Assembly: GCF_006345805.1 (NCBI RefSeq)
Contig: NC_043007.1
Span: 76,012,001-76,076,000, forward strand
Length of the DNA stretch: 64,000 nt
Origin: Octopus sinensis
Taxonomy: Eukaryota
Reading direction: 5' to 3'
Both the position numbers and the translations under genes were made by a program. Shown one piece after another: positions 39,385-52,299 of the stretch. The first letter of the stretch is position 1, and the number at the start of each line of letters is the position of its first letter. Under the pieces are notes generated by a model, which searched no databases, was not told the origin of the DNA, and saw only the letters and a list, made by a program, of their open reading frames with translations.

Positions 39385-39600
39385 TTTTACTCTTTTACTT
39401 GTTTCAGTCATTTGACTGTGGACATGCTGGAGCACCGCCTTTAGTCGAGCAAATCGACCCCGGGACTTATTCTTTGTAAGCCCAGTACTTATTCTATCGG
39501 TCTCTTTTGCCGAACCGCTAAGTGACGGGGACGTAAACACACCAGCATCGGTTGTCAAGCAATGCTAGGGGGAAAAACACAGACACACAAACACACACAC
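39385..39600 (-). mobile_element. SINE family A, 3' half
   Basis: Tail and body as other A copies; ends in a CA/TA tract. Confidence 0.85.
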
Positions 39601-39614
39601 AAACACATACTATA

Positions 39615-39679
<65 letters not shown>

Positions 39680-40010
39680 CAATTTAATAAATAAAACATA
39701 TGCATACATACATATATGTACATACCTACATCTATATGTATATATACATGCATATATGACTACAGGACACCACAAATAAACGTAGAACACAACGGGAAAC
39801 AAAAACATAAAACCAAACAAGGAAACGGACTTTTTTTAACAACGAAAAAACAGAGTACAAGACAAACAACACAAGGAACATTCCCCTGTTTCGACCCAAT
39901 GCGTGTTTCGAAGGTAAGGGCAGAACACGGCCACGCCAAAAAAGTCCTTCTCGCAAAATGAATTAAATAAAATTTTTTTGCCGAGGGGTAAAAAAAGTGA
40001 CATATATATA

Positions 40011-41237
40011 CAGGGGTTGGACAAAATAATGGAAACACCTACCATCATAATTTTGAAATATCTGTAAAACTGTCAAAAGCTTGTTTATTTTTATGCTTTT
40101 TGTTTTATTATTAGTGCTGCTTAATATGTTTTGCTAAAATTGCTATGGGGTTTTTTTCAGATATCATCAGAAAGAGGAAATTAAAATTCATTAAAATGAC
40201 ACATCTATCGGACTTTCAAAGAGGACAAATTGTTGGAGCTTGTATGGCAGGCGTTAGCGTAACAAAAACAGCTGAAATGTTTGGTGTATCAAGAAGTACT
40301 GTTTCAAAAGTAATGAAAGCCTTTCAGAAAGAAGGAAATAGCTCCTCATCGAAACAAAACTCCGGAAGAAAACCAAAACTTTCAGATAGGGACTGTTGGA
40401 TTCTTACGCGAATTGTTAGAAATTATTGCAGAGCGTAATCGCCACAAGAACCCAGTTTCAACAAAAACTGTTTGCCGGGAGCTGCATAAAACCAGATTTC
40501 ACGGGAGGGCTGCAATCAGAAAACCACTACTTTCAAAAACAAACGTTGCAAAGCATTTAAAGTGGAGTAAAAACCTACAGAATTGGTCCTTAGAGCAGTG
40601 GAAGAATGTTATTTTCTTGAACGAGTCATCCTTTACCTTATTTCTGACCACTGGCTGGAGACATCCAAAAGAAGCATTTGACCCAGACTGCCTTCTTACA
40701 ACTGTTAAACATAGAGGAGGATCTGTGATGATCTGGAAGTTATATCTTGGAAACCCATCAGCCCAATGGTTTCCCTTCATAACAAAGTTAATAGTCAAGA
40801 CTATTTTAGCATTTTATCTGATCAAATTCATCCTATGGTTGGGGAACACTTTCCGGAGGGAAACGCAACCTTTCAGGATGACAATGCACCAATTCACACA
40901 GCTAAAGTTGTTATTCAATGGCACAAGGAACATTCTAGTGAAGTTGAACATCTTATCTGGCCACCACAGTCCTCAAATCTCAATATTACTGAACATTTAT
41001 GGTACATTTTAGAAAAACAAGTAAGGAATCGATATCATCCATCGTCATCACTACAAGAACTGGAGACTGTTTTAACTGAACAATGGACAAAAATTCCTTT
41101 GGAAACAATTCAAACTTTGTAGGAGTCCATACCTCATAGAATTCAAGCAGTAATTACTGCCAAAGGTGGTCCTACCCAATATTAAAATAAATTTGTTTGA
41201 AATTTTAATGTGTTTCTATTATTTTATCCAACCACTG
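40011..41237 (+). mobile_element. Tc1-like DNA transposon, full-length-sized, defective transposase
   Basis: TIRs caggggttggacaaaataatggaaacac / gtgtttctattattttatccaaccactg with TA flanks; LSDFQRGQIVG, GRKPKLS, KPLLSK, VKHRGGSVMIW, FQDDNAPIH, WPPQSSNLNITEHLW. Confidence 0.93.
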
Positions 41238-41299
41238 TAGATATATAACTTACTGAAAATAAAAGCCAGGGTGCGTTGCATTTATATATATATATATAT

Positions 41300-42505
41300 A
41301 CGAGCAAAATGCCCCCATCCAATGGACGGTGCTGAGTTGTCAAACATTTAAACCAAATTTTCTCAAAACAACTTGTCAGACCGTCCCATAGGCCTCCCCT
41401 TTGAGAAACACTGATTTAACCTAAATTTGAGACACCAGCAAAAAAAGAAATAGAGATAGACTTTTTTCTATTCCAAAGAAAAACGATTTTATTCACACAA
41501 ATATGCAACCGAAGAGTTCAAAGTACCAGTAATGATAAGGCTGTTGATTGGGAGAACACAAACATGGTTTAAACAGTAAGCTTAGCAGGAAAGAAACGTG
41601 CCTTTAAGCAGTACAAAAACAACAAAAAATGGAAGGTGCAGTTATGTACAGGTTGACGGAAGAAAAACAGGACAAAAACGATGCATGCAAATGGGTTAGC
41701 TGGCAGTAAATCCAGATGGAAAAGCATGATGAATTTATGAGAATGTACCTGGGACAATAATAAGTCTATCCAATAAAACATGTAGGAAATCAACTTGGGG
41801 CGATTTTTGATGAAAATTAAATATACTGCATTTTGTGGCATTATTTCAAGCCAGCTGGCTTTTTCTGCGCAAACTGCATGTGCACTTTTCTCGCGTACGC
41901 ATAGTATCGATCGCAACAGCAGATGTATTTGCGTGTACAAATGCATATTCCCGCTGCTTTATCGATCGCATTCTCACCTGGAATCGATTTTTGTAATTTT
42001 TTCAAGACTTATACAAGCCCTGATACCGTCGATATCTACATATCAAATTTGAGCACAATCGGATGGAGGATGCCCGAGATCATAGAAGACACACACACAG
42101 ACAGAACGGATTTTATATAATAGACGAACAAAACGCCCCCACCCCCGTCCAATGGATGGTGCTAAGTTGTCAAATATTTAAACTAAATTTTCTCAAAACA
42201 ACTTGTCCGACCGTCCCATTGGACTCCCCTTTGAGAAACACTGATTTAACCTAAATTTGAGACACCAGCAAAATAAGAAATAAAGATAGACTTTTTTCTA
42301 TTCCCAGAAAAACGATTTTACAAATGCACGTTCCCACGGCTTTATCAATTGCATTCTCAACTGGAATCGATTTTGTAATTTTTTCAAGACGTCCTGATAC
42401 CGTCGGTATCTACATATCAAATTTGAGCGCAATCGGATGGAGGATGCCCGAGATCCTAGAAGACACACACAGACAGACAGAACGGATTTTATATAATATA
42501 TATAT
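41300..42505 (-). mobile_element. Two head-to-tail non-autonomous Helitron-like copies (~820 bp and an internally deleted ~380 bp)
   Basis: Each starts on the minus strand tataaaatccgttctgtctg(tg)n and ends with a short hairpin (ccgtcca-t-tggatgg) then ttttgCTCGt or ttttgttcgt; no TIR or TSD seen. Confidence 0.55.
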
Positions 42506-42517
42506 ATATATATATAT

Positions 42518-42698
42518 AGAATAAAAAATTTTGAATGGTACAACAAACCGATTATAGCAGCGACTCCATCTTAGAATATCTGAAGAAGAAATTTTATTCC
42601 AAAATATTATCAGACTATGGATAACTGAATTACAACAGGTATAAAGCCCATTGTCTGTATTATGGTGCATTGTTGTACCATTCAAAACATTTTATTCT
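42518..42698. mobile_element. Small MITE, ~28-bp TIRs
   Basis: agaataaaaaattttgaatggtacaaca / tgttgtaccattcaaaacattttattct. Confidence 0.65.
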
Positions 42699-42941
42699 TT
42701 ACAAACAATACACAATGCTTCAAGCGATTACAATACTCTTTTTTTTTAATTTAAATATATATAACTATCAAAAATTATAAAAAAGTTTAATATAAGATAA
42801 TAAGTAATACAACTACGTACGTTTCATGGCCATAACCCAATTCGAATTACAATAATTTAAATTCAATTAAAAATTCGAATTATAGTTATAGTCAATCTTC
42901 AGGTTAATGATAATAGTTAAATAAATAAGCAAATATATTTA

Positions 42942-44210
42942 CGAGGAGCGTTCAATAAGTAATGCCCCTAACCCACTTCCCATAGCAGTAGAGCAACGAA
43001 ACTTGGCACAGTTATTAGTCTTTTTCTACATAGAAACCACCCAGAGTTACGCATTTCCCCCATTGTTTGATGCAGTTCTGGAGACCGTTCTTGTAGAAGA
43101 CACCAGCTTGTTCTTCCAACCATGACGTGACTTCAGTAATCAAGGCTGCATCATCTGGGAAACGCTTTCCTTTCAAAAACAACTTCATGGCTGGGAAGAG
43201 GTGAAAATCAGAGAGTGCATGGGAGAGGAGTTCATAGCCGCACGCCTGTGCTTCTGATCTGGCGACACGCGAGTTGTGGACCGGAGCGTTGTCCTGCAGG
43301 AGGAGGATGCTTTGCTGATCTTGCCCCGCCTCTTGATTTTGATAGCTTCTCTTAATTTCCTCAAAAGTGAAGCATAATAGGCTCCTGTAATTGTGGTACC
43401 TTTTGCCAGGAAATCTGTCATCACTACTCCGTCCTGATCCCAGAAGACTGTGAGCATGACATTGCCAGCGGAAGGCTGCACTCTTGCCTTCTTTGGAGGA
43501 GGTGAATCACGGTGCTTCCACTGCATTGACTGGGCTTTGGTCTCTGGATTATAGTGATGGACCCACGTTTCATCCTGTGCAATCAGACTTTTGAAAAATT
43601 TTGACTCATCCTCTTGGCACATCTCCAAATTCATCCTCGAGCACTCGACGCGTTCTTGCTTATGGAAAGGTGTGAGCAACCTGGGAATCCATCTGGCAGA
43701 CACCTTTTGCATATGCAAATGGTAATGAATGATAGTTTCCACAGACCCGGTACTAATCTTGACCTCATGGGCTATTTGGCGAATAGTTATGCGTCGATCT
43801 TCCAAAATGGCAGCCTCAACTTGACGGACAGATGCCTCATCAATGGCAGAAGGGGCGACCAGATCTGGGAGCTGTTTCCACAGAGTTCCGACCATGTTTG
43901 AATTCACGATGCCAGCGTTTTACAAGGTCATATGATGGGGCATCATGACCATAAGTTACTTTCATTTCATCAAAAGTCTCCCGTGGTGTGCGTCCTTTCA
44001 AATACAAAAACCGGATCACTGCTCAACACTCAACAGGCTCCATTTCAGACTTGACTCAGTTCAAACACCTGTAAATCAGAAACCACAATTAGTTCAGAGC
44101 TGTAATTTGCAACCTAATTTATAGAGATATAAGTAATTGCACATGCAAAATTTCAGCTAGATCAAATAACTGCATGTGGGTCAGAGGCATTACTTATTGA
44201 ACGCCCCTCG
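42942..44210 (-). mobile_element. Mariner (irritans-like), full length, defective
   Basis: TIRs cgaggagcgttcaataagtaatgcc / ggcattacttattgaacgcccctcg with TA flanks; WIPRLLT, QDETWVHHY, QDNAPVH. Confidence 0.95.
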
Positions 44211-44211
44211 T

Positions 44212-46050
44212 AAACAATATTTTTTAAGAAATAAATAAAATAACAATTTTTCTTATAAAAAAACTCTATTATCAAACTAGAGACTTTAATGATTAGGATT
44301 ATGTCATACAATCAATTATAATGTTAAATATTAATTTTTAAGGTAAAAATAGATAGAAAATGTATTTATCTATTAAGATATAATATGGCTTTAAAAAACA
44401 TAACAAACTCACGAATAACCTAATCTCAGTTATAGTCAATATCTATTACCAAATTATTAACAAAAAAAAATAATAATAATAAATCACTATTCATATTATT
44501 AAATTTAAGTTCAAATCTAATAATTATAAAATATTTGAGAATAATAACTAAATTATTATCAATAAATATAAAAATTAAGATCTAAAATTATCTCTATCAA
44601 TAAATATATATATGTATAATGAAAAACTAAATAAATTAATTATTCCATTATTACTTACGAAATATATTAAAAATTAAAAGATTAAAAAGCAAATTATAAG
44701 CGTATAGCCTATCTTAAAAAAACCTATAACTATTTAACGATCACTATATCTCGTTGGCTAATTAATAACTTACAAAAACCGTATAGTTATAATCTAATAA
44801 TGAAAAGCATATCTTCAGTCCCACTGCGTGGCATCTTGAGCAAGTGTCTTCTGGTATAGCCCCGGGCCGACCAATGTCTTGTGAGTGGATTTGGTAGACA
44901 GAAACTGAAAGAAGCCTGTCGTATATGTGTATGTATATATATATATGTGTGTGTATGTTTGTGTGTCTGTGTTTGTCCCCCTAGCATTGCTTGACAACCG
45001 ATGCTGGTGTGTTTACGTTCCCGTCACTTAGCGGTTCGGCAAAAGAGACCGATAGAATAAGTACTGGGCTTACAAAGAATAAGTCCCGGGGTCGATTTGC
45101 TCGACTAAAGGCGGTGCTCCAGCATGACCGCAGTCAAATGACTGAAACAAATAAAAGAGTAAAAGAGTAACTAAATACTTATACAATGAAATTATCAATC
45201 CTTAGTTATATAGTATCCAATATAATACCATATACCATAAATTATTAAAATAATTAAAATAAATTTAATAAAAAGGTTTATTTAACTTTCAAAAAACGTG
45301 TCATTAACTAAACTAATAATAAACAAATGGAAAATTCTTTTAATAATGAAAACTATGAATATATTTTATCAATGAAAAATACTACTACAAATTATCAATG
45401 GAAAAAAGATATATTAAAGCTATAATAGAACAAAGTCAACTATTAGAGATATCTATGAATATATAAGATGGTTTTAAAAAACCCAATAAACTCACAGATA
45501 TCCTTAACTCAGTTATAGTCCAAAAATTTAATTACCAAATTATTTAACTAAATAATCATTATTCATATATTAGATTTAAGTACACATCTAATAATTATAA
45601 AATATTTAAAAATAATAACTAAATTATTATCAACAAATATAGTGATTAAAACCTAAAATTCACACTATCAATGAATGTATAGACATATAAAGAAAAATAA
45701 ATAAATTAATTAATTAATCCAATATTACTTACATAAATATTAAATATTAATATAATTATGAGATACATTAAAAAAATTAAAAATAAAAATCAAATTATAA
45801 ACCAGAAACCTAACTTTAAAAAAATTGTATAACTATTAACGATCTATATATCTCTTTGGCTAAGTAAAATCTTACAAATAAGGTAGAGTTATAATCTAAT
45901 AATTATATACATAACTTCAACAACTAAATCATTACATAACAATCAGTATTTATATATTATACAAAATAATACAAGAAGACTTATTAAAATATTTAAAAAA
46001 ATTTAAATCTTAAATAGAAATAGATTACTTAGCTTTCCAATATATATATT
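44212..46050. repeat. Two diverged copies of a very AT-rich unclassified repeat separated by a SINE
   Basis: 44212-44812 and ~45300-45910 share ctcagttatagtc, tctaataattataaaatattt, aataataactaaattattatcaa and gttataatctaataat. Confidence 0.6.
44813..45165 (+). mobile_element. SINE family A, 5'-truncated
   Basis: ttcagtcccactgcgtggc...gactgaaacaaataaaagagtaaaagag. Confidence 0.85.
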
Positions 46051-46339
46051 GAGAAAAAGGAGATAGTCAGAATTTTGGATATCGAACTCATCAAGACAAA
46101 ACCAAAATGATGAAAAACAGGTTTCATTTATGTAGTGGATGTTTTTTGCTTTGTTTATAAGAGAAAAACATTTTTGTTCTTTTGTTTTAGAAAAAGGGGG
46201 AAAAGAAGAAAAAAAGCAAAGAGAGGGGAAAATAGACAGAGAGTGAGGTTTCTTTTCAATTATATAAAAAAACAGAAGAAAAAATATATATTTAGGAGCA
46301 GGACAATCAAGAAAGAGGGAGAAAAGTGAGGATAGATAG

Positions 46340-46376
<37 letters not shown>

Positions 46377-46754
46377 AGTTTCATTTCAATTTGATGTGGT
46401 CAACCCATTGAAATTTCATTATAAAGCATTTTTTTTCTTTTTTTCTTCCTCCTCATCCTTTAGGAAGAAGGATGAGAAAGATAAGAAAAGAGAGGGAAAA
46501 AAAGAAATATTTTTGATTCTTAAGTGGATGCATTCATCATTGTAAAGTTTGAAAATAAAAAGAGTTCAAAGGCCTATGAAAATGTATATTCCTTAATACC
46601 TGTATAGTCAAATCCCATATTCTGTGTAATTCCATGTTTTGTACGAACAAATATTAAATATTAGTACAACGTTCATAAATTAGGAAAATAAAGTCAGAAT
46701 ATAAAAAATAATTTGAGTTTGATATTGTTCAAAGTTCAGTCTATTCTCTATGTA

Positions 46755-47558
46755 TTGGGTTGGTAACTAAGTTCCGGCCATTTTTTAAAATTTTGGAATC
46801 TATTTTTTTCAAGAATTCTATTTTTGAATCATTTTGGAATCTATTTTGTTTTGTTTTTTTTCTAGTTAATTTTGGTTAATTTTTGCTTATTTTCAGATCA
46901 TTAAAATGGAATGTCAAGTTAAGAAAAACAATGGTGCCTGTTCATCAATATGAAGCAGCGTAAGGAATGGCTTAGCCCTGGTAAATAAGCAATACTACGC
47001 GTGAAACAAGACCTTCATCCCTGTAAAATGATGTTGTTTGTATGCTGGGACTGGGAAGGGGTTATCCATTATGAATTGCTTGACCGGAACCAAACAATCA
47101 ATGCAGAACTCTGTGTTCAACAGATGAAATGACTCAACACGGCTATTCAAGAGAAAAGATCTAATCGGCAGCATGGAATTCTTCTGCTGCATGACAACGC
47201 CTGCCCTCATATCACCAATATGACCAAAGAAGCCATTCAAATGCATGGCTGGGAAGTGCTGCCACACCCGTCGTACACTCCTGATTTGGCACCAAAGGAT
47301 TTCTACCTCTTTCGATCTCTTTCAAATGCTATGCGTGGTGTTTTGTTCAGTACTGATGCAGAATTGAGAGCTTGGTTGGATCAATTTTTCAAGTCAAAAT
47401 CGGGTGATTTCTACCAACGAGGTATTGAAAATCTTGTTGAATGTTGAGAAGTTGTAAACAACAAGGGTGAATACATTATTAATTAGTTGTTATTTTTTAT
47501 CAAACCTTTTAAGAAATTTAAATTTTAAAAAATGGCAGGAACTTAGTTGCCAACCCAA
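46755..47558 (+). mobile_element. Internally deleted mariner of a second family
   Basis: TIRs ttgggttggtaactaagttcc / ggaacttagttgccaacccaa with TA flanks; WDWEGVIHYELL, LLHDNACPH, LPHPSYTPDLAPKDFYLFRSL. Confidence 0.9.
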
Positions 47559-47599
47559 TACATTTAATTAAACATCCTTAATGAGTTTTGCAATATCTA

Positions 47600-47810
47600 T
47601 TTCAAGTTTTTTCCAAAAGGGCAGCTTAGGGGAGGTGAGGATGAGTCAGTTACATCAACCCCAGTGTCCGACTGGTACTTATCAATCCCGAAAGGATTAA
47701 AGGCAATGTTAACCTCGGCAAAATTTGAACTTAGAACGTAACGACAGGTGAAATATTGCTAAGCATTTCATCCAGTGTGCTAACGATTCTGCCAGTTTGC
47801 TGCCTTCAGT
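47600..47810 (-). mobile_element. Degenerate SINE D remnant
   Basis: Diverged reverse complement of 37895-38126 (ggcagaatcgttagcac..., ctggtactta, ccccag). Confidence 0.6.
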
Positions 47811-47894
47811 GATTTTTGTACTAACATATTGTATATTTAGCTGGAATCCACTCCTTAGGATATAAATAGTGTTTGGAAATACACAATATATTAT

Positions 47895-50395
47895 CATAAT
47901 ACAGCTAGATGTAACTTTGGATCTTAATGCTGGTCTCTAGAAACCTTTCCATAAGTCAAACCAAACCTTACTTTATGTTAATCGTGTTTCCACTCATCCA
48001 AAGGCTGTTATTAGTTCTTCAATTAATAGTATATCATCCTGTATATCATCATCTTCTGCTAAATATTAAATTTTAAACCAAAATGCTAGTTTCTATAATG
48101 AAGCTTTAACTAGGGCTGATTATAAAAATAAATTAATTTTCTCCCCTGAGCATAAAGTCAATGGATAATAATGATCCTATAATATCTGTAATAAAGCTAA
48201 TGCAATTAATAAAAAAAAATATCCTAAGAAGAATATAAATTACAAACGTTAAAAACCATAATATTTACTTACATCATAGTGGTTGGCACTCCGTTGCTTA
48301 TGACAACAAGGGTTCCAGGGGAGATTCAACGTGATACAAAGTGACAAGGCTGGCCCTTTGAAATAGAGGTACAACAGAAACAGGAAGATAAAGTGAGAGT
48401 ACAGCAGGGTTTGCCACCACCCCCTGCTGGAACCTCGTGGAGCTCAATAAACACTCAATAAACACTCACAATGCCTGGTCTGGGAATCGAAACCATGATC
48501 CTATGACCGCGAGTTTACTGCTCTAACCACTTGGCCATTGTGCCTCCACACTTGCATCATATAGACAATCTTATTAAACACTGTAGAATTAAACGCAATG
48601 TATAAAACAATAAATACCACACTCATATTCAATGATACTAATGGTATTCACAATTGTGCTAAAAACAACACTGTTGGCAATATTAATAACAATAGTAATA
48701 ATAATCATTATTGGAAAAAGGTTGAATGTAAGGAAGAACTATAATATACATAGCAATAATTATGATAAGATTATGTATGAAAATATGAACTGTGTAAATA
48801 ATGATGAAAATTGAAAATCGCATAGTAGAAATGTAACTTATATAAGAATATTTTGTGGTTTAACCCTACATCCCTCAGTCTAAATGTTGCCCCTAAAATA
48901 GATGTAACGTGCTTTCAGTCTTTAGATAAACATTTCCCTTAATCTAGCCTGTATCATGGAATTTTCAATAGAAATACTGTTGCTGCTTCATGTAGAGGTC
49001 GAGGCAACCTGGGTCACAATCACCACTGTGATAACAAAGAGGAACAATGGTTTACATTTTTGGAGCCATTTATTTTCTATTCATACATTACTTCGTGTAG
49101 GTGTACCGCGTGTATATACAAATGTATAGCAAGTGTATGGTAGATTACAAAATAAGGAAAATACAAAAATAAGACAAACTTAAGTACAAAAATTGTCTGA
49201 ACAGTGTTTTACTGATAGTTGATTTCCTGAAAACAACTTTCTTGTAACAAAGTTTGAATACAAAATACATTCAACATGTTTATTATGACTAACACACATG
49301 GATGAAAAGTACCAAATGAGGAAAAGATATTGGATATACTGAAACTCTTTCACCCATGAATATACAATTATCTACATATGATTATATGTCCCAGGTTAAT
49401 GTAAGGAAAACAACTAGATATATTTTAATTATCTTACAAAAACTTTGTCAGTTCATCATTCTAGAAGCCACAGAAAACTGGTCACACTGGTATAAAGCTA
49501 CATTCACAGTAACAGGAAATGACCAAAGAAGAACATTCAGGGATGAGAGCAGGTTTTCCGAGACATAGCTGGACACAAAAGACCCCACCCGTTGTCTGAA
49601 AACAAAGCAACCTCAACCCTAGATACAAACCGGTAGTGACTCACTTCCAACAAATTGTGAAAATTAATACTAAATAGTAATACAACAGACTTATTGTTGA
49701 AGATAACAAATACTATTAAATTATCCTACTCTAACATGCTGAATATATATCTAGATTTTAATTATCATAAACAAAAATACCTAGCTAATAATAATCCAAC
49801 AAAAAATAGTTCATACAATATAGTAACTAATAGATAAATAACTAATAACTTATTCATCTATAATATCTACTACAAACAATAATTATACTTATTCTTTTAA
49901 TTCCAATAAAAAATAATGTTACTAATAATAAGCATATTATACCTATCATAATAAGGGTTATTTTACTTTTTGTAATTGTCGCAATAAAACAAAATACCCT
50001 ATTAACAATCAGTGTCTCTGGAAAAATATTGCATATAGATTTTCTATTACAGCTCTTGGTAATGAATATATCTACATTGGTGCATCCTCAGCATCATTTA
50101 AAATTAGCTGGAATAGTCATAGATCTACATTTAGATATAAAGAAAAGGGCAATTATACATCACTAGCTAAATTCGTACATTCACTAATAGATAGTAAGAT
50201 TGATTGGTTATGCACAACCTTATACTGGTGGTAACAGATAATATGGATTTTGCGTATTTGAGATATTCTACATTAACAAAAGTAGCAAAACTAATGTAAT
50301 TATGATTAACTGACATGATGAACTCATTATAAGATGCCAACTTCCTAAATACAAATATTTTCCATACTATAAACATATTTAACATTATACTTATC
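47895..50395 (+). pseudogene. Old, AT-drifted Penelope-like relic (RT thumb, linker, GIY-YIG), interrupted
   Basis: Hand translation: LDVTLDLNAGL*KPFHKSNQTLLYVN..THP (~47905), KNILWFNP..DKHFP..GIFNRNTV (~48845), TIKLSYSNM (~49710), CNCRNK..QCLWKNIAY..YIYIGAS..FKISWNSHRSTFR (~49970). Confidence 0.75.
48270..48550 (-). mobile_element. SINE family B
   Basis: Minus strand tggaggcacaatggccaagtggttagagcagtaaactc...ttcgattcccagacc, related to 1771-2063. Confidence 0.8.
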
Positions 50396-50445
50396 ATTGT
50401 AATTATACATACTAAATTATAGCCCTAGTTTAATACTCAGTAATC

Positions 50446-52290
50446 CATTGCCCTTCGCCACCTCCGCCGTCGTGATGACATTGTCATCAAACCGGCGGAC
50501 AAAGGCGGGGCAGTGGTAGTGTGGCGCGCGGACCTATACAGGGAGGAAGCGCTCAACCAGCTTCAAAATCCCCTCTTCTATCGCCTCCTCCCCTCCGATC
50601 CCACCTCCTCCTACCAACAGCGAGTGTCCTCCACCATCCACGACCTCATCTCCTCCTCCGCTCTCCCCCTCACCGCCACCAACCTCATCGTCCGCACACC
50701 CCGCACCTCCACCATCTACTTCCTTCCCAAGATCCATAAACCCTCTAATCCTGGCCGTCCCATAGTCTCTGCCTGTAATTGCCCCACTGAACTCATCTCC
50801 CTATACCTCGACCGCATCCTGTCCCCCTTACTCGCAGCCCTCCCATCCCACATACACGACACCAACCACGCCCTCCGTCTCTTCAATTCCTTTTCCTTCC
50901 CTTCCAGCCCCTCACACCTCCTCTTCACTTTAGATGTAAAATCCCTGTACACAGTGATTCCCCACAATGACGGTCTCCTAGCCCTCCAACACTTCCTCGA
51001 CCGTCGTCCCGACCCCACCCCCAGCATCCCCACCCTTCTCCGTTTGGCTGAGCTCGTCCTCACCCTCAATTGCTTCACGTTCGCCGGGGAAACGTACCAA
51101 CAGGTGTCCGGGGTCGCGATGGGAACTAGGATGGGCCCCAATTTCGCCAATCTCTTTCTTGGCTACATTGAGGCCCAAGTGTTCTCCCAGTTCTCTGGGC
51201 CGACCCCCGAACTATACGGTCGCTATATCGACGACTGCGTAGGTGCCACCTCCCTTTCCCGTGAACTTCTCTGCCAATTCATCTCTTTCCTTCCAACTTT
51301 CACCCCTCTCTTCAATTCACCTCCACCATCTCCAACACCTCTGTCAACTTCCTTGACATCTCTCTCCGCATCGATCACCCCTCCAGCTCTCTCACCACCA
51401 CCGCCTTCTTTAAACCTACGGATTCCCACCTCTATCTCAACTTCTCTTCCTCCCACCCCTTCCACACCAAACGAGCCATCCCCTACTCCCAGTTCCTCCG
51501 CCTCCGACGTTTGTGCAGCCGCGACCAGGATTTCGAGACCCAATCTCAATACCTGGCCCGCATGTTCAGACTCCGAGGTTACCCACCCATACTCCTCTCT
51601 GATGCCCTCACCCGCACCCGTCGCATCGACCGCACTACCGCCCTGTCTCCTTCCCCCGCCAACCCCCCAACCGCACCCCCTTCACCCTCCTTTTCCACCC
51701 CTCTACCCTACCCCTTCGTCGCAAGATACTACGTGCCTTCCGTCGCCTCCAGCTTGATCCCACCACCCGCCCCATTTTCCCTAACCCACCCCTGTCCTCT
51801 TTCAAACGAGCCCGCAATCTGCGTGACCTCCTGGTCCACAGCACCCTCTCTCCTTCCCCCTCAGCCCCACACGGATCATTCCCTTACTCTAGATCCCGCT
51901 GCAACACTTGCCCCTTCATCACCAACACCACCGCTGTCACCGGCTCCAACCTGCATACTGTACGCATTAGGCACTCTTTTACGTGCACCTCGTCTGGCCT
52001 TATTTACTGCATTAAATGCAACCTATGCGGGATGCTGTATGTAGGACAGACGGGACGCCGGTTGTCCGACCGTTTCACTGAACACTTGAGGGACGTTCGC
52101 CTACACTCTTTTTCTCCCGTCGCACGCCACTTCCGCTCGGCGGCCATTCCCTAGATGACATCTCAGTGTTTGGTCTCGCCCCCCACAATGGTCGCCCACT
52201 TTCCAGGCTCCACTTGGAGCACGCTACATCTTCACCCTACAAACTACCACCCCACACGGACTTAACACAGCCCCCTCCTCTTGAGATCCG
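50446..52290 (+). mobile_element. Penelope-like element (Neptune-type), 5'-truncated, RT + GIY-YIG, few frameshifts
   Basis: DIVIKPADKGGAVVVW, YFLPKIHK, LDVKSLYTVIP, GVAMGTRMGPNFANLF, YGRYIDDC, VNFLDI, AIPYSQFLRLRR, LIYCIKCNLCGMLYVGQTGRRLSDRFTEHL. Confidence 0.95.
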
Positions 52291-52299
52291 CCCTTTTTT

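Larger units (their letters stand above)
30520..39600 (+). repeat. ~9.1-kb tandem duplication unit, copy 2
   Basis: Colinear with 21410-30500; longer ORFs. Confidence 0.95.

Noticed and set aside
44212-46050. Firm NUMT call
   Set aside because: No mitochondrial gene motif could be translated; kept only as an open question.
46588-46660. Minus-strand open stretch FVRTKHGITQNMGFDYT ending at a GT donor
   Set aside because: No suitable upstream acceptor for that frame; chance is likely.
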